Origin: Octopus vulgaris
Taxonomy: Eukaryota
DNA length: 64,000 nt
NCBI GenBank assembly: GCA_951406725.2
Contig: OX597815.1
Location: 188,108,001 to 188,172,000, forward strand
Reading direction: 5' to 3'
Part shown: piece by piece, positions 1-11,327 of the stretch
Layout: every line of letters begins with the position of its first letter
Numbering within the stretch: the stretch's first letter is position 1
The notes under the pieces: generated by a model
The model's input: only the letters and a program-made list of their open reading frames with translations
Told to the model about the DNA's origin: nothing
The model's database searches: none
Made by a program: the position numbers and the translations under genes

Positions 1-185
1 CCTATAACCACATAACAAAGGACCATTGACAAGAGAAGGAGATGAAAAGGGTGAAGAAGCTGGAATGAGACCAGAACAGAGGCAGAAAACAGAGCTGGTT
101 GGAGAGGTTGTGTTGTAGCCTTATGTTCCTCATAGCATGGAGGGAACTAATTAACTAACTCCTAAAATGACAGTATGGTTACTAC

Positions 186-592
186 TAAAATACCTATTTC
201 TTTACTACCCACAAGGGGCTAAACACAGAGAGGACAAACAAGGACAGACAAATGGAATAAGTCGATTATATCAACCCCAGTGCGCAACTGGTACTTATTT
301 AATCGACCCCAAAAGGATAAAAGGCAAAGTCGACCTCGGCGGAATTTGAACTCAGAATGTAGTGGCAGACGAAATACCTATTTCTTTACTACCCACAAGG
401 GGCTAAACACAGAGAGGACAAACAAACGGATTAAGTCGATTATATCGCCCCCAGTGCGCGACTGGTACTTATTTAATCTACCCTGAAAAGATGAAAGGCA
501 AAGTCGACCTCAGCGGAATTTGAACTCAGAACATAGTGGCAGACCAAATACCGTTAAGCATTTCGGCCGACATGCTAATGTTTCTGCCAACC
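186..592 (-). mobile_element. S2 tRNA-derived SINE, tandem dimer (tail A)
   Basis: Reverse complement of the recurring GGCGAGCTGGCAGAA...GAGTTCAAATTCC (B box)...CTTTCATCCTTTCGGGGTCGATAAATTAAGTACCAG (Deu/Nin-like core)...GTGGGTAGTAAAGAAATAGGT unit; the body is present twice. Confidence 0.85.
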
Positions 593-1026
593 CTGAACTT
601 GACTTGGAGTTAACAACCATAACAACTACAATTTTTACCTTCTTAGTCATTTTTTTTCTAAAGGTCAATAGCTTTTAACAGTAATTTATCTTCAGATCTG
701 ATTATTCTGCCAAACTAAATGTCTATTTAGTTTCATATTTCTACATTGAAATCCTACCAAGGTTGTCCTTACGTTTCATTCTTTCCCTATTTATAAAATA
801 AGCATCAGCTAAACAGTAGGGGTAATTCAGTCAGCTATACACCTTGTGAGTTTGCATCAGTCTTCATCACCATGGTTTTAATGAATGACCTCGAATTTTG
901 GAATTCTTATTCATTTTCCCTAAATGGAAGCTTGAGTTAATTTTAACAATCTTAAAAATAAAAATCACAATATGTGAAGTAATTCTGTTTTGGAATGGTG
1001 AAATTTGTAGCAGATAACGCTACAAA

Positions 1027-1120
1027 TAATCCTTTCTACTAAAGGCACAAGCCCTGAAATTTACGGGGAGGGTACCAGTCGATTACATCGACCCCAGTGT
1101 TTCACTGGTACTTAATTTAT
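1027..1120 (-). mobile_element. S2 SINE tail (variant B), separated from its head at 1850-1902 by a Penelope insertion
   Basis: Matches the tail-B copies at 9097 and 13003. Confidence 0.7.
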
Positions 1121-1179
1121 CATTGTTTGACGGATATTTGTCCTCATCTTGTTTGTTGTTAACACAATGTTTCAAGAGT

Positions 1180-1578
1180 AATATAAAACTTTGCAAATAT
1201 CTCCTTTGACTAAAACCACCAATAGAAGAGAATATGACCAAAAACTGTGTATACTCCATCCCAAACAGCTGTGGTAGATTATACAAAGGCGAAACATGCC
1301 ACTCCATCAAAATAAGGGTAGACGAACATCGCAAAGCTGTGACATAAGGAGATATTGATGAATTGAATATAGCTGATCAGGTATGGAAAAATGGAAACCA
1401 CCTCCCCCTGTGGGATGAAGTTAAAATAATAGACACAGAACACCACTGGAAAATACGAAAACTAAAAGAAGCAGCTCATATGCTAGGACATAATAACCTC
1501 TTAAGCAGACTGAGTGCAGATATGAGTAGAATATGGGAACCAGTATTAAGGAAGGATAGGAAAATATCAGATTTATAA
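1180..1578 (+). pseudogene. GIY-YIG (Uri) endonuclease relic of a Penelope-like element
   Basis: In-frame NCVYSIPNSCGRLYKGETCHSIKIRVDEHRKAVT*GDIDELNIADQVWKNGNHLPLWDEVKIIDTEHHWKIRKLKEAAHM; matches the VY.IP..CG..Y.GET.R....R..EH and R..KEA motifs; contains internal stops. Confidence 0.85.
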
Positions 1579-1602
1579 GTCCTAAAATTCACTCCACAAT
1601 TG

Positions 1603-1680
1603 CCCACGGGCATATGACATAGTGGTTAAGAGTGCGGGCTACTAACACCAAGATTCCGAGTTCTATTCCAAGCAGTGACC
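1603..1680 (+). promoter_or_regulatory. tRNA-like head with Pol III A and B boxes inside the PLE terminal region
   Basis: A box TGACATAGTGG 1615-1625; B box GTTCTATTCC 1660-1669. Confidence 0.65.
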
Positions 1681-1760
1681 TCAACAATAATAATAAAAAT
1701 AATAATAACAACATTGAAAAATACCTTAGAAATGAGAACCCAGGTTTGAAATTTCCCCAA

Positions 1761-1806
1761 GACACCTGATGAAGGCTGGAGGGTATATTAGTCGAAACGT
1801 TGTGTT
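1761..1806 (+). ncRNA. minimal type I hammerhead ribozyme motif
   Basis: Stem I GACAC/GTGTT; core CTGATGA 1766-1772; stem II GGCTGG/TTAGTC (with wobbles); GAAAC 1794-1798; palindromic AACGTT stem III; GTT triplet. Confidence 0.7.
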
Positions 1807-1849
1807 AACAACAAACAAGACGAGGACAAATAATGTACATAATGTAAAT

Positions 1850-1902
1850 GCCACTTAGCATTTCACCTGGTGTGCTAATGGTTCTGCCAGCTCACTGCCT
1901 TT
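1850..1902 (-). mobile_element. S2 SINE head fragment
   Basis: TTAGCATTTCACCTGGTGTGCTAATGGTTCTGCCAGCTC is the reverse complement of the S2 head. Confidence 0.7.
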
Positions 1903-2327
1903 GATAAAGCTATAAATAATAATCGTGTAAAAATCGGGTTAAAAAGCCTTTTGGACAGAAAATGTCAAGAGCTGCCAATGTGCATTTTTTTCAAACCTCA
2001 CTAATTCTTAGAAGCTCCCTCGTTTTTCCCTACATTGTTTGTGCATGCACCAATTCAACTAATATTCTCATTGATCAGCCACCTTCTACTTGCTCCCGCC
2101 TCTCTATCCCCATGTTATATTTTTGCATTCACCAATTCATCTGACTCGTGTCTTGCTACTAATTTTAATCAAAACGTGAGTCGCAAAACTTCACTCTTCC
2201 ACTCTTTCCATAATGCTCTCCTTAGATTCTACTGTTTTTGCAGCTTGGTGTGGATTGCTTCTCTACCACTATCACTGTTTGGTTAAAGTACTAATATGTA
2301 ACTTATAGAATATAACCCCTACTCAAG

Positions 2328-2558
2328 AAGGCGGCGAGCTGGCAGAATCATTAGTGCGCCAGGCGAAATGCTTAGCAGTATTTCGTCTGCCATTACGTTC
2401 TGAGTTCAAATTCCTCTGAGGTCCACTTTGCCTTTCATCCTTTCGGGGTTGATAAATAAAGTACCAGTTTTGCACTGGGGTCGATGTAGTCAACCTAATC
2501 CCTTTGGCTGTCCTTGTTTGTCCCCTCTGTTTAGCCATTTGTGGGTGGTAAAGAAAAA
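2328..2558 (+). mobile_element. S2 SINE (tail A)
   Basis: Full head, core and tail match the other copies. Confidence 0.85.
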
Positions 2559-2879
2559 ATATAACCCCTACTCAAGACAACTGGGGGGCAGGGGGGAGAA
2601 AGAAAGGAACTATCAAGGAGAAGCAAAGGCTGTTGTTCATTAATGAGTTATGAAGAGGTTACGTTGGATATTATATATTTAATGGTTTAAAGCAGTTTTA
2701 TGTGGGAAAAAATCTCAACCATATTCAAAAACATTGCAGTTTCAAAGTGTATAGTGAGAACAGTGATCGACAATAAAGATTAAAATTAGAGTTAAGCACT
2801 TAAGCAACTTCACTATTAAATGTCCAGATATTGGTTTTGATACACCTAACGTGATACATAAAACTGAATGGTTCTTGAT

Positions 2880-3260
2880 TATGTTTGATGCTCAGACTAG
2901 ATGTACTAATAAACAAAATGGTTAATCAAATAAAAGCTCAAAGTTTGTGTAATAATTTGGAGAAAGTAGGAAGTGTGGCTTCTGTTGCCAAATGTTTTCT
3001 TGCTAGTAAAGCCTGGTTTGAAACGTTTAAGAGGAATTTTAATTTGTACATTAAAATGAGTGGTGAAGCTGACTAACAGAGAAGCTGTTATTAATTAATG
3101 ATCCTGAGGAGTTGAAGAATATTATAGGTGAAGGAAGATGTTCACCAAAATGTTAACAAAACTGAACTTTTCTGAAAATGTATGCCTTCCATGACTTATA
3201 TTTCTGGGGAAGAAAAATCTGTATCAATCTTTAAAATATGCAAAAATCAGGTTTTGTATC
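2880..3260 (+). pseudogene. pogo/Tigger-family transposase relic
   Basis: FLASKAWFETFKRNFNL..KMSGEAD, PEELKNIIGEG and ELF*KCMPSMTYISGEEK resemble Tigger F.ASKGWF..FK.R, GE.ASAD and DETGLFWK.MP.RTYI.KEEK. Confidence 0.8.
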
Positions 3261-3399
3261 ACTCGTCCAAACTGATGGGGCTTTGAAGGTTTGTGCCAAC
3301 TTTAATCTACTTGTGACTTGGCGTTCAAACAAAAAGACTTAGATAGATGTTAGCCTTTTTCAAGACTTGTTTACAAACATTTTGCCAGGCACCAGAAAG

Positions 3400-3600
3400 G
3401 TACAATCATCATCATCCTCATTTAATGTCTGTCTTTCATGCTGGCTTGGGTTGGAATGGTTCGACAGGAGCTGACAGGTTCCAATCTGTTTTGGCATTGT
3501 TTCTACGGCTGGATACTCTTCTTGACATCAACCACATAACAGTGTACTGAGTTCTGTATACATTGCCCCAGCACCAGTGGGATCATCAAGTACCTTGCAG
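3400..3600 (-). mobile_element. degenerate RTE-family 3' end with (GAT)n tail
   Basis: CATCATCATC...TTTAATGTCTGTCTTTCATGCTGGC matches the reverse complement of other RTE tails. Confidence 0.6.
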
Positions 3601-4437
3601 GACAAAGCCCTCTTAGTTGAGAAAGGGAGTGGAACCCAGGGAAGTGGTTGGTTGTGTGCCAGGTGAGAAGAGGTTAGAATATGAAAGAGAAACAGGAATA
3701 TCAAACAATATTTCAATGAAGCATAACCCCTTTAAGACAAATCACGAAGCCATTGATTGAACTTAAATGATCTTTCTGATAATGTGATAGCAGAATGTGA
3801 CCCTAAGAACACAACTTGTTTGCTCCAGCCACTGAATCAAGGTGCAAAAGCTAATTCCAAAGCATTTTATCTGAGAACTTCGAAACATCTAATAAAGTAA
3901 TTTACAGGGAAGATAAACCTGCAGTTGGTTGGTGTGTGCATATGTGTGCACATGCAGATAAACTTGCACTCATGTTGTTAGTGTGCATTTCACATTTATA
4001 CACAAGTGAGTGCTCGTGTGTATGTGCACTTGATTCTTGCATAAGTGTGCATATTCCATAAGTATATGTGTACATGTATTTATGTATAATTTGGCTTCAC
4101 AGTTTGTGATTATGTACATACAACCTAAAATAGTTATCTCTGTTATTCCACTATAAAGTATCATATTTATTTGCCCTGTGGCAAAGAGCAGAAATTATTA
4201 TTAATTCTCATTGAACTACATGTAGGTTACAACATCGAGCCTATCCTAAAGTCCTTAGGCTGAACAAGTTTCTGATTATATTCATTATTACAATTTTATG
4301 CAGCTCAAATTAGCCTGGAAGTTTACAGTTTATGTTTTGGTTTAATAGTAGAGTTTAAACAGTTTAAATAGAAGACCACTAGAGCAGCTACATTTTCCTA
4401 CAAGAATTCCTAGTTTTGCAATTTATTTTATTTTTGT

Positions 4438-4483
<46 letters not shown>

Positions 4484-4686
4484 CTGTAAATAATAATGTT
4501 TTATAAGCTTAAAGCTTATAAGCGATTACCGTATATTGACGAAAGAAAATAATCTAATATTGGGGCATATAAGGCCTCGACAGAAAAAGTAGATTTTCCA
4601 TGAAAACACACACACATATATATACATCTGTCTGCCTGTCAGTATGTATTATTGTTCTTCTTCTTCTTCTTCTTATTATTATTATT

Positions 4687-5128
4687 AAGGCGGCGAGCTT
4701 ACAGAACTATTAGCACGCCGGGCAAAATGCTAAGCAGTATTTCATCTGCCGCTACAATCTGAGTTCAAATTTCACCAAAGTTGACTTTGTCTTTCATCCT
4801 TTTCGTGTCAATAAATTAAGTACCAGTTATGCACTGGTGTCAGTGTAATCAACTAGCCCCCTCCCCCACAATTTCAAGCCTTGTGTCTATTGTAGAAAGG
4901 ATTGTTATTATTTAAGGTGGTGAGCTGGCAGAATCGTTGGTGCACTGGATTAAATGCTTAGCGGTATTTCACTTGTCGCTACATTCTGAGTTCAAATTTC
5001 CCTAAGGTCGACTTTGCCCTTCATCTTTTTGGAGTTGATGAAATAAGTATCAGTTGAATACTGGGGTCAATGCAATCGAATCATTCCCTCCCAACAAAAG
5101 TGCTGCTCTTGTGGCAAAATTTGAAACC
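4687..5128 (+). mobile_element. two adjacent S2 SINE copies (4687-4902 and 4914-5128)
   Basis: Each has the head, B box and core. Confidence 0.8.
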
Positions 5129-5489
5129 ATTATTATTATTACTATTGCTGTTGTTGTTATTTCAGTTCTTAGACCAAGTGGTGCATTGCATTCTTGAGCA
5201 AAACCCCTCACCTCATGTTGCAGTATGATCATTTTGACAATTGATGTGTGGCACATTGTACACCTGTTCAGGCAATGTCAATCTGATGGAGGGAGTGAGC
5301 TAATGTACAGCACAAACATTTGACTACTATAGACAAGTCATTTGTGCAGGTCGTTTGGCAAAAGCTGAACACTTATACGTTGTCTACGACGGGAGAGACC
5401 GTCGTTGTTATTAAGGTGATGAGACACACACATATATGTTTACATGTTGGTATGGTAATGTACTATGGATGGGTGAGGAGATGTGTGAT

Positions 5490-6160
5490 GAAGTGCCACT
5501 CCCAAAACAGTTGAAGGAATCGGAGGTAGAGGTAGATCCAGGAAGACATGGGATGAGGTGGTCAAGCATGACCTTCGAACATTGGGACTCACAGAGGCAA
5601 TGACGAAAGATTGAGACCTCTGGAGATATACTGTGACTGCAAAGACCTGACAAATGAAGTGAGTTCATGGCTCGCAGAATAGCTTGCTGCGCTTAAATTG
5701 GATCATAGGGCGACCTGCTGTGCTTGAGGAGACCTATTGAGTCAAGTACATCAACATCAAAATAAAAATCAAATGGAAATTGTAGTTGTGATACCTGTGC
5801 CAGTGGCACGTAAAAAGCATTATTCGATCGTGGTTGTTGCCAGCCACCTCTGGCTCCTGTGCTGGTGGCATGTAAAAAGCACCCACTACATCATCATCAT
5901 CATCATTGTTCGACCGTGGTCGAGACAATGGAATTTACCATGCTACGCCAGACTTCACAGTCCATCATGGCATTACGGAGGTCCTGTTGCTGGATGCCTA
6001 CACTCACGGAGTGGTTGGCGTTAGGAAGGGCATCCAGCTGTAGAAACACTGCCAGATCAGACTGGAGCCTGGTGCAGCCTCCTGGCTTCCCAGACCCCAG
6101 TCAAACCGTCCAACCCATGCTAGCATGGAAAACGGACATTAAACGATGATGATGATGATA
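5490..6160 (+). mobile_element. RTE-clade LINE 3' end (ORF2 C-terminus, UTR and (GAT)n tail)
   Basis: GRGRSRKTWDEVVKHDLRTLGLTEAMT; UTR ends ACATTAAACGATGATGATG. Confidence 0.85.
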
Positions 6161-6183
6161 TACATATAAATATATATAAATGT

Positions 6184-6225
<42 letters not shown>

Positions 6226-6921
6226 CCCAAAAACAGAACAAGAACGTAACGGATGACAATGAAAACATACAGACAGATGGATGATACAAAGACAGACAGG
6301 AAAACCAGGACGGAATATTTGTGGCTTTCTATTCATCAGTCAAGCTTCCAGTTATCCTTACAAGTTTGGCCTGTTACATTTGAAACTGTTCAAAATTGGT
6401 AGGCCCCCAAAATCAAAGCTAAGGGCATTAAATTTTTGGAAGAAAGCAAGTGAATATGTACAACAACACGGACAAAAAAAAAATGAGAAAATGGAGAAAA
6501 TGTTACACAAGAATAACAAGAATAACAATAGGTGTCTTTCGACTAAAGGGACAAGTTAAGTTAAGCTGACATGTTAAGTGGAAGCCTTAAGGCAGCAAAC
6601 ATAGATGAAAGTCAGCAGACAGGAAAATAAGGTGTTGTGTGAGTGGCAGTCAGACCCAGAAAGAAAGATCATGCTTGGCTGAGCACTGATCAGGTGGGAA
6701 GAACAGAGGGATTGAAGAATTAGGGAAGGAACCAGAAAGAGAGAGGTCAGAAAGAAAGGTACAAGGGAGATAACAGAGGAAAGTAGAGAGATTAAAGAAA
6801 GAGAATGGCAAGAAATGTGAGAGAGGAGGAGCGGGAAAAAGAAAAGAGGAAAGAAGGAAGTCATACAGAATTTAGATATATACTTACAAGCTGAGCAAAA
6901 TGTGTATGTATGCCACTATAT

Positions 6922-7322
6922 ATCTTTTACTCTTTTACTTGTTTCAGTCATTTGACTGTGGCCATGCTGGAGCACCGCCTTTAATCGAGCAACTCGACCC
7001 CGGGACTTATTCTTTTGTAAGCCCAGTACTTATCCTATCGGTCTCTTTTGCTGAACCGCTAAGTAATGGGGACATAAACACACCAGCATCGGTTGTCAAG
7101 CAATGCTAGGGAGACAAACACAGACACACACATGCATATATATATATATATACATATGTATGATGGGCTTCTTTCAGTTTCCGTCTACTAAATCCACTCA
7201 CAAGGCTTTGGTCGGCCCGAGACTATAGAAGACACTTGCCCAAGATGCCACGCAGTGGGACTGAACCCGGAACCATGTGGTTGGTAAGCTAGCTACTTAC
7301 CACACAGCCACTCCTGCGCCTA
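6922..7322 (-). mobile_element. S1 tRNA-derived SINE with internal (TA)n(TG)n
   Basis: Reverse complement of GGCGCAGGAGTGGCTGTGTGGTAAG...GGTTCAGTCCC...CAGCATGGCCGCAGTCAAATGACTGAAACAAGTAAAAGAG. Confidence 0.9.
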
Positions 7323-7439
7323 TGTATATATAAATTTTTAAAAAATGGAACAAGAATGTAACAGATGACGGACAGATGGATGATACAAAAATTGACAGGA
7401 AAACCAGGAGGGAACATTTGTAGCTTTCTGTTCTAAACT

Positions 7440-7700
7440 CCAGAAAGTGTCAGAAGTGGTTGTTGGAAAATTTCTATGACTTCACCAGCCCCAATTTCTG
7501 GCCTCCTAATTTTCCTATTTGTAATTCCATGAATTACTATATGTGGGGCATGGTTGAGAAAGAGGGCAACCTCTCTGTCTGCAGCATCAATGCTCAGCTG
7601 GTGGCCAAATCAAGGAGGTGTTTGATGATCTTACCTGAGACACAGGTTCTGGAGCTGTCTTGAGGATGTGGTAAAAAACTGAAGGTGCCTACTTTGAGTC
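7440..7700 (+). pseudogene. Tc1/mariner transposase C-terminal relic
   Basis: QKWLLENFYDFTSPNFWPPNFPICNSMNYYMWGMVEK resembles the WPPNSPDLNPMDYYVWG motif. Confidence 0.8.
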
Positions 7701-7736
7701 AAGTGTTATCACCCAGCGTCAGCAAGGTACAATCTA

Positions 7737-7961
7737 AGGTGGCAAGCTGGCAGAAACGTTAGCACGCCGGGCGAAATGTTTAGCAGTATTTCGTCTGCCG
7801 CTATGTTCTGAGTTCAAATACCACCAAGGCCGACTTTGCCTTTCATCCTTTCGGGGTCGATAAATTAAGTACCAGTTATACACTGGGGTTGATGTAATCG
7901 ACTTAATCCGTTTGTTTGTCCCCTCTGTGTTTAGCCCTATGTGGGTAGTAAAGAAATAGGT
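7737..7961 (+). mobile_element. S2 SINE (tail A)
   Basis: Full-length match to the family. Confidence 0.85.
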
Positions 7962-8824
7962 ACAATCTGAGGGAAACTAACTGTTATTTCTAGCAGATTG
8001 TGTAACCATATTCGATGTTCCATCACTAGCTCAACTAGTGTCGACAGTTTGAACATCTCTAATTTCCGTATGCGAAGGTGGTGTATGATATTTTAAACTT
8101 TTCTATGATACATAATCCAAACAGTTATTTGTTGTCTGTTTCCTGCTTCATTTCTGCGATAGATTTATTTATGAGATGTTAGTCTATTCAGCCACATGAC
8201 ACACTTCTGGAATTGTCTTCACCTTCTCTTGTTCTATCCAATTACAATTCATTTACTTCCAGGTGTAGGTAGATCAATTTTAATCACTATTATCACAATG
8301 CACAAATTTCGATCTTATCTATCATGTTATTTAAAATAGTCTATGTATAATTTTGTTAAAATAGATTAGTAAAGGTTAAGGCTATAGGAAATTAATGTAA
8401 ACACATAAAAATTTCACAAAGCACTTGATGAGAAAGATTGATAAGCTATTATCTTAGTTCTGAAACTTTGAAGAGTTTTGTACTTTCTGAAGATTTGAAA
8501 TATGATGTTGGAATTTAATTAATAGTAATATTTTTGAAACAATTTCTCAAAGTATTTTCTGTATCAAAATGAAAAACAAATGGCTTGTTCTGTAAACAGG
8601 AGAATCTTGTACAAAATTCAAGATTATCAGACTAAGAAGACATGATAACCTCTTCACGGACAAACCACATAATTAATAAACAATTCATTAATTTATATTT
8701 CTGACTTTGAATGTAATAAACAAATTTTTTTTTATTATCTTTTTCTGCCATTTTCTTGTTTTACTCATTGGACTCTGGCCATACTAGGCACAGCCTTCAA
8801 AAGTATAAAATAAAATAAAAAATA

Positions 8825-9072
8825 AATGCACCCTTTTAAAGCCTAGCCAGCTCATGGGCCCGGTTTTCCGTTTCAATGGCGTATGTGTTCCCCAGCTGGA
8901 TGGGACTCCAGTCCATCACAGCGTTACTCATTTTTGCCAGCTGAGAGGACTGGAGCAACGTGAAATGAAGTGTTTTGCTCAAGAACACAATGTGTCGGCC
9001 GGTCCAGGAATTGAAACCACAATCTTACGATCATGATGCTGACACTCTAACCACTAAGCCATGTGCCTCCAC
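8825..9072 (-). mobile_element. S4 tRNA-derived SINE
   Basis: Head GGAGGCACATGGCTTAGTGGTTAG...GGTTTCAATTCC; its 5' half also occurs on + at 49453-49605. Confidence 0.8.
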
Positions 9073-9096
9073 CTTCAAAAGTATAAGATATTAATA

Positions 9097-9310
9097 TTCT
9101 TTTCTACTCTAGGCACAAGGCCCGAAATTTTTGGGGAGGTAGGGCTGTCAATTAGATCAACCCCAGTACACAACAAGTACTTAACTTATCAACCCTGAAA
9201 GGATGAAAGGCAAAGTTGACCTCAGCGGAATTTGAACTCAGAGCGTAAAGTCAAACGAAATGCTGCTAAGCATTTCACGCGGCATGCTAACATTTCTGCC
9301 AGCTTGCTGA
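9097..9310 (-). mobile_element. S2 SINE (tail B)
   Basis: Family match. Confidence 0.8.
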
Positions 9311-9919
9311 CTTTATTTATATTAATCAAAGTAAATTTGTCTGATACTTATTATTATCTGCTGTCAGTTGCTGCAACTATGAATGCTCGTGGCTTGGGCA
9401 TGACTCGGTAAGCTTTCTCCATACCGGTCGGCTTTTACCTTTGAGTTTACCATTTATTATGATCAATTCCTTTCCATTTCATGTCCCCTTTTGCAGTGTC
9501 TTTGAATGTCAGTATAGGTCTTTCATGGTTTCTTATCTTTTTTATATAGTCTGATACTCATTTCATCCTAGGATATGGAACGGAGATTGGCAAAAGGATA
9601 GATGACTCATTTGGATGTGGATATTCCAGTCAAGTTGTACTGCTTGTCACCATGCGTGCATGCATACATGTGTGTGTGTGTAATCATCATCATTGTCATT
9701 ACCATAGTTATTATCATCATTTTATGCATGTGCTTTTTCCATTCTGGCATCGGTTGGATGAGACTTTTTGGAGCAATATTCCATGGTCAGATACCATTTC
9801 TGATGCTAATCCTAACCTGTTTTGAAATAAGAGGCACTTCATTCTGTTTGTCTTTGCATACTGAGCTGCAAAGCTGTGGAACATAACTAAGCATGGTATT
9901 GACCAACTAGAATGAAGAC

Positions 9920-10150
9920 AAGTAAAATGAAACACACACGCACACATACATACACACACGCATGCACACACACATACACACACATATACACATACACCCA
10001 CCCACACATCCACACACATGCACACAGACACACACACAAAAGTAAGAAAGTGCATTATGTATTTTTGTGTAAGTGTGTCTGTGTAAGTGCGAGTGAGTAT
10101 GTGTGTGTATGAATATGTGTGTGTATAAATGTATATGTGTGTGTGTTTAG
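9920..10150. repeat. compound (CA)n/(TG)n microsatellite
   Basis: Read directly from the sequence. Confidence 0.9.
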
Positions 10151-10184
10151 TCAAATGAATCAACCCCGGTACATTTTATAAAGC

Positions 10185-10670
10185 CTGCTACTTATTCTAT
10201 CAATCTCTTTTGTCAAACTGTTAAGTTACAGGAATGTAGATGGGACAAACATAGACACAAAGATATATTATAGACACACAGCAGGCTTCTTTCTGTTTCC
10301 CTCTACTAAATCCAATCACAAGATTTTGGCTGGCCTGAGGATATAGTAGAAGGCACTTGATCAAGGTGCCAAGCAGTGGAACTGAACTTGGAACCATGTG
10401 GTTCGGAAGCAAGCTTCTTATTTCTTTACTGTCCACAAAGGGCTACACACAGAGGGGACAAACAAAGACAGACAAATGGATTAAGTCGATTATATTGACC
10501 CCTGTGTGTAACTGATACTTAATTTATTGACTCTGAAAGGATGAAAGGCAAAGTCGACCTCGGTGGAATTTGAACTCAGAATGTAACGGCAGACGAAATG
10601 CCGCTAAGCATTTCACCCGGCGTGTCAATGATTCTGCCAGATTGCCGCTTCTTACCACACAGCCATGCTT
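10185..10670 (-). mobile_element. S1 SINE interrupted by an S2 SINE (S2 at about 10408-10640)
   Basis: The S1 head resumes (CTTACCACACAGCC) after the S2 head. Confidence 0.8.
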
Positions 10671-10879
10671 TCACCTGTCTACATAGCAACGCCAGCACCT
10701 ATATATCAGGCATGTACCTAACTGTAAGAAGGTGGACCAGTAATTCTATTTCTTTCCAAATAGTCCTTGATGAAGGTACTGTGATAGCTTGTCAAGGCTA
10801 TGACACAGTTATCAGTTTATACTTTTGAACATCAGTGACTGGGAGCAAAACACATGGAAAGTGAATCCTAGGGTTAGAA

Positions 10880-11327
10880 GTGTTAGATGGTGAGGGACAA
10901 ACACACACACATACATATATACGACGGGCTTCTTTCAGTTTCCGTCTACCAAATCCATTCACAAGGCTTTGGTTGGCCCGAGGCTATAGTAGAAGACACT
11001 TGACCAAGATGCTACGCTGTGGGACTGAACCCGGAACCATGTGGTTGGTAAGCAAGCTACTTACAACACAGCCACTCCTGCGCCTATATATATATATATA
11101 TTTCTTTACTACCCACAAGGGGCTAAACACAGAGGGGACAAACAAGGACAGACAAAGGGATTAAGTCGATCATATTGACCCCAGTGCGTAACTGGTACTT
11201 AATTTATCGACCCCGAAAGGATGAAAGGCAAAGTTGACCTCGGCGCAATTTGAACTCAGAACGTAACGACAGACAAAATACGGCTACGAATTTCGTCCGG
11301 CATGCTAACATTTCTGCCAGCTCGCCT
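10880..11327 (-). mobile_element. S1 SINE 5' half (10880-11085) and S2 SINE (11100-11327)
   Basis: Family matches. Confidence 0.85.

Larger units (their letters stand above)
1121..1850 (+). mobile_element. 5'-truncated Penelope-like element: inverted terminal fragment, GIY-YIG relic and terminal repeat
   Basis: 1135-1173 is the reverse complement of 1794-1832 (37/39 identical); the endonuclease relic lies between them. Confidence 0.8.

Noticed and set aside
6130-6160. C/D-box snoRNA motifs (ATGATGA) in GAT runs
   Set aside because: They are produced by RTE (GAT)n tails, with no terminal stem or paired D box.
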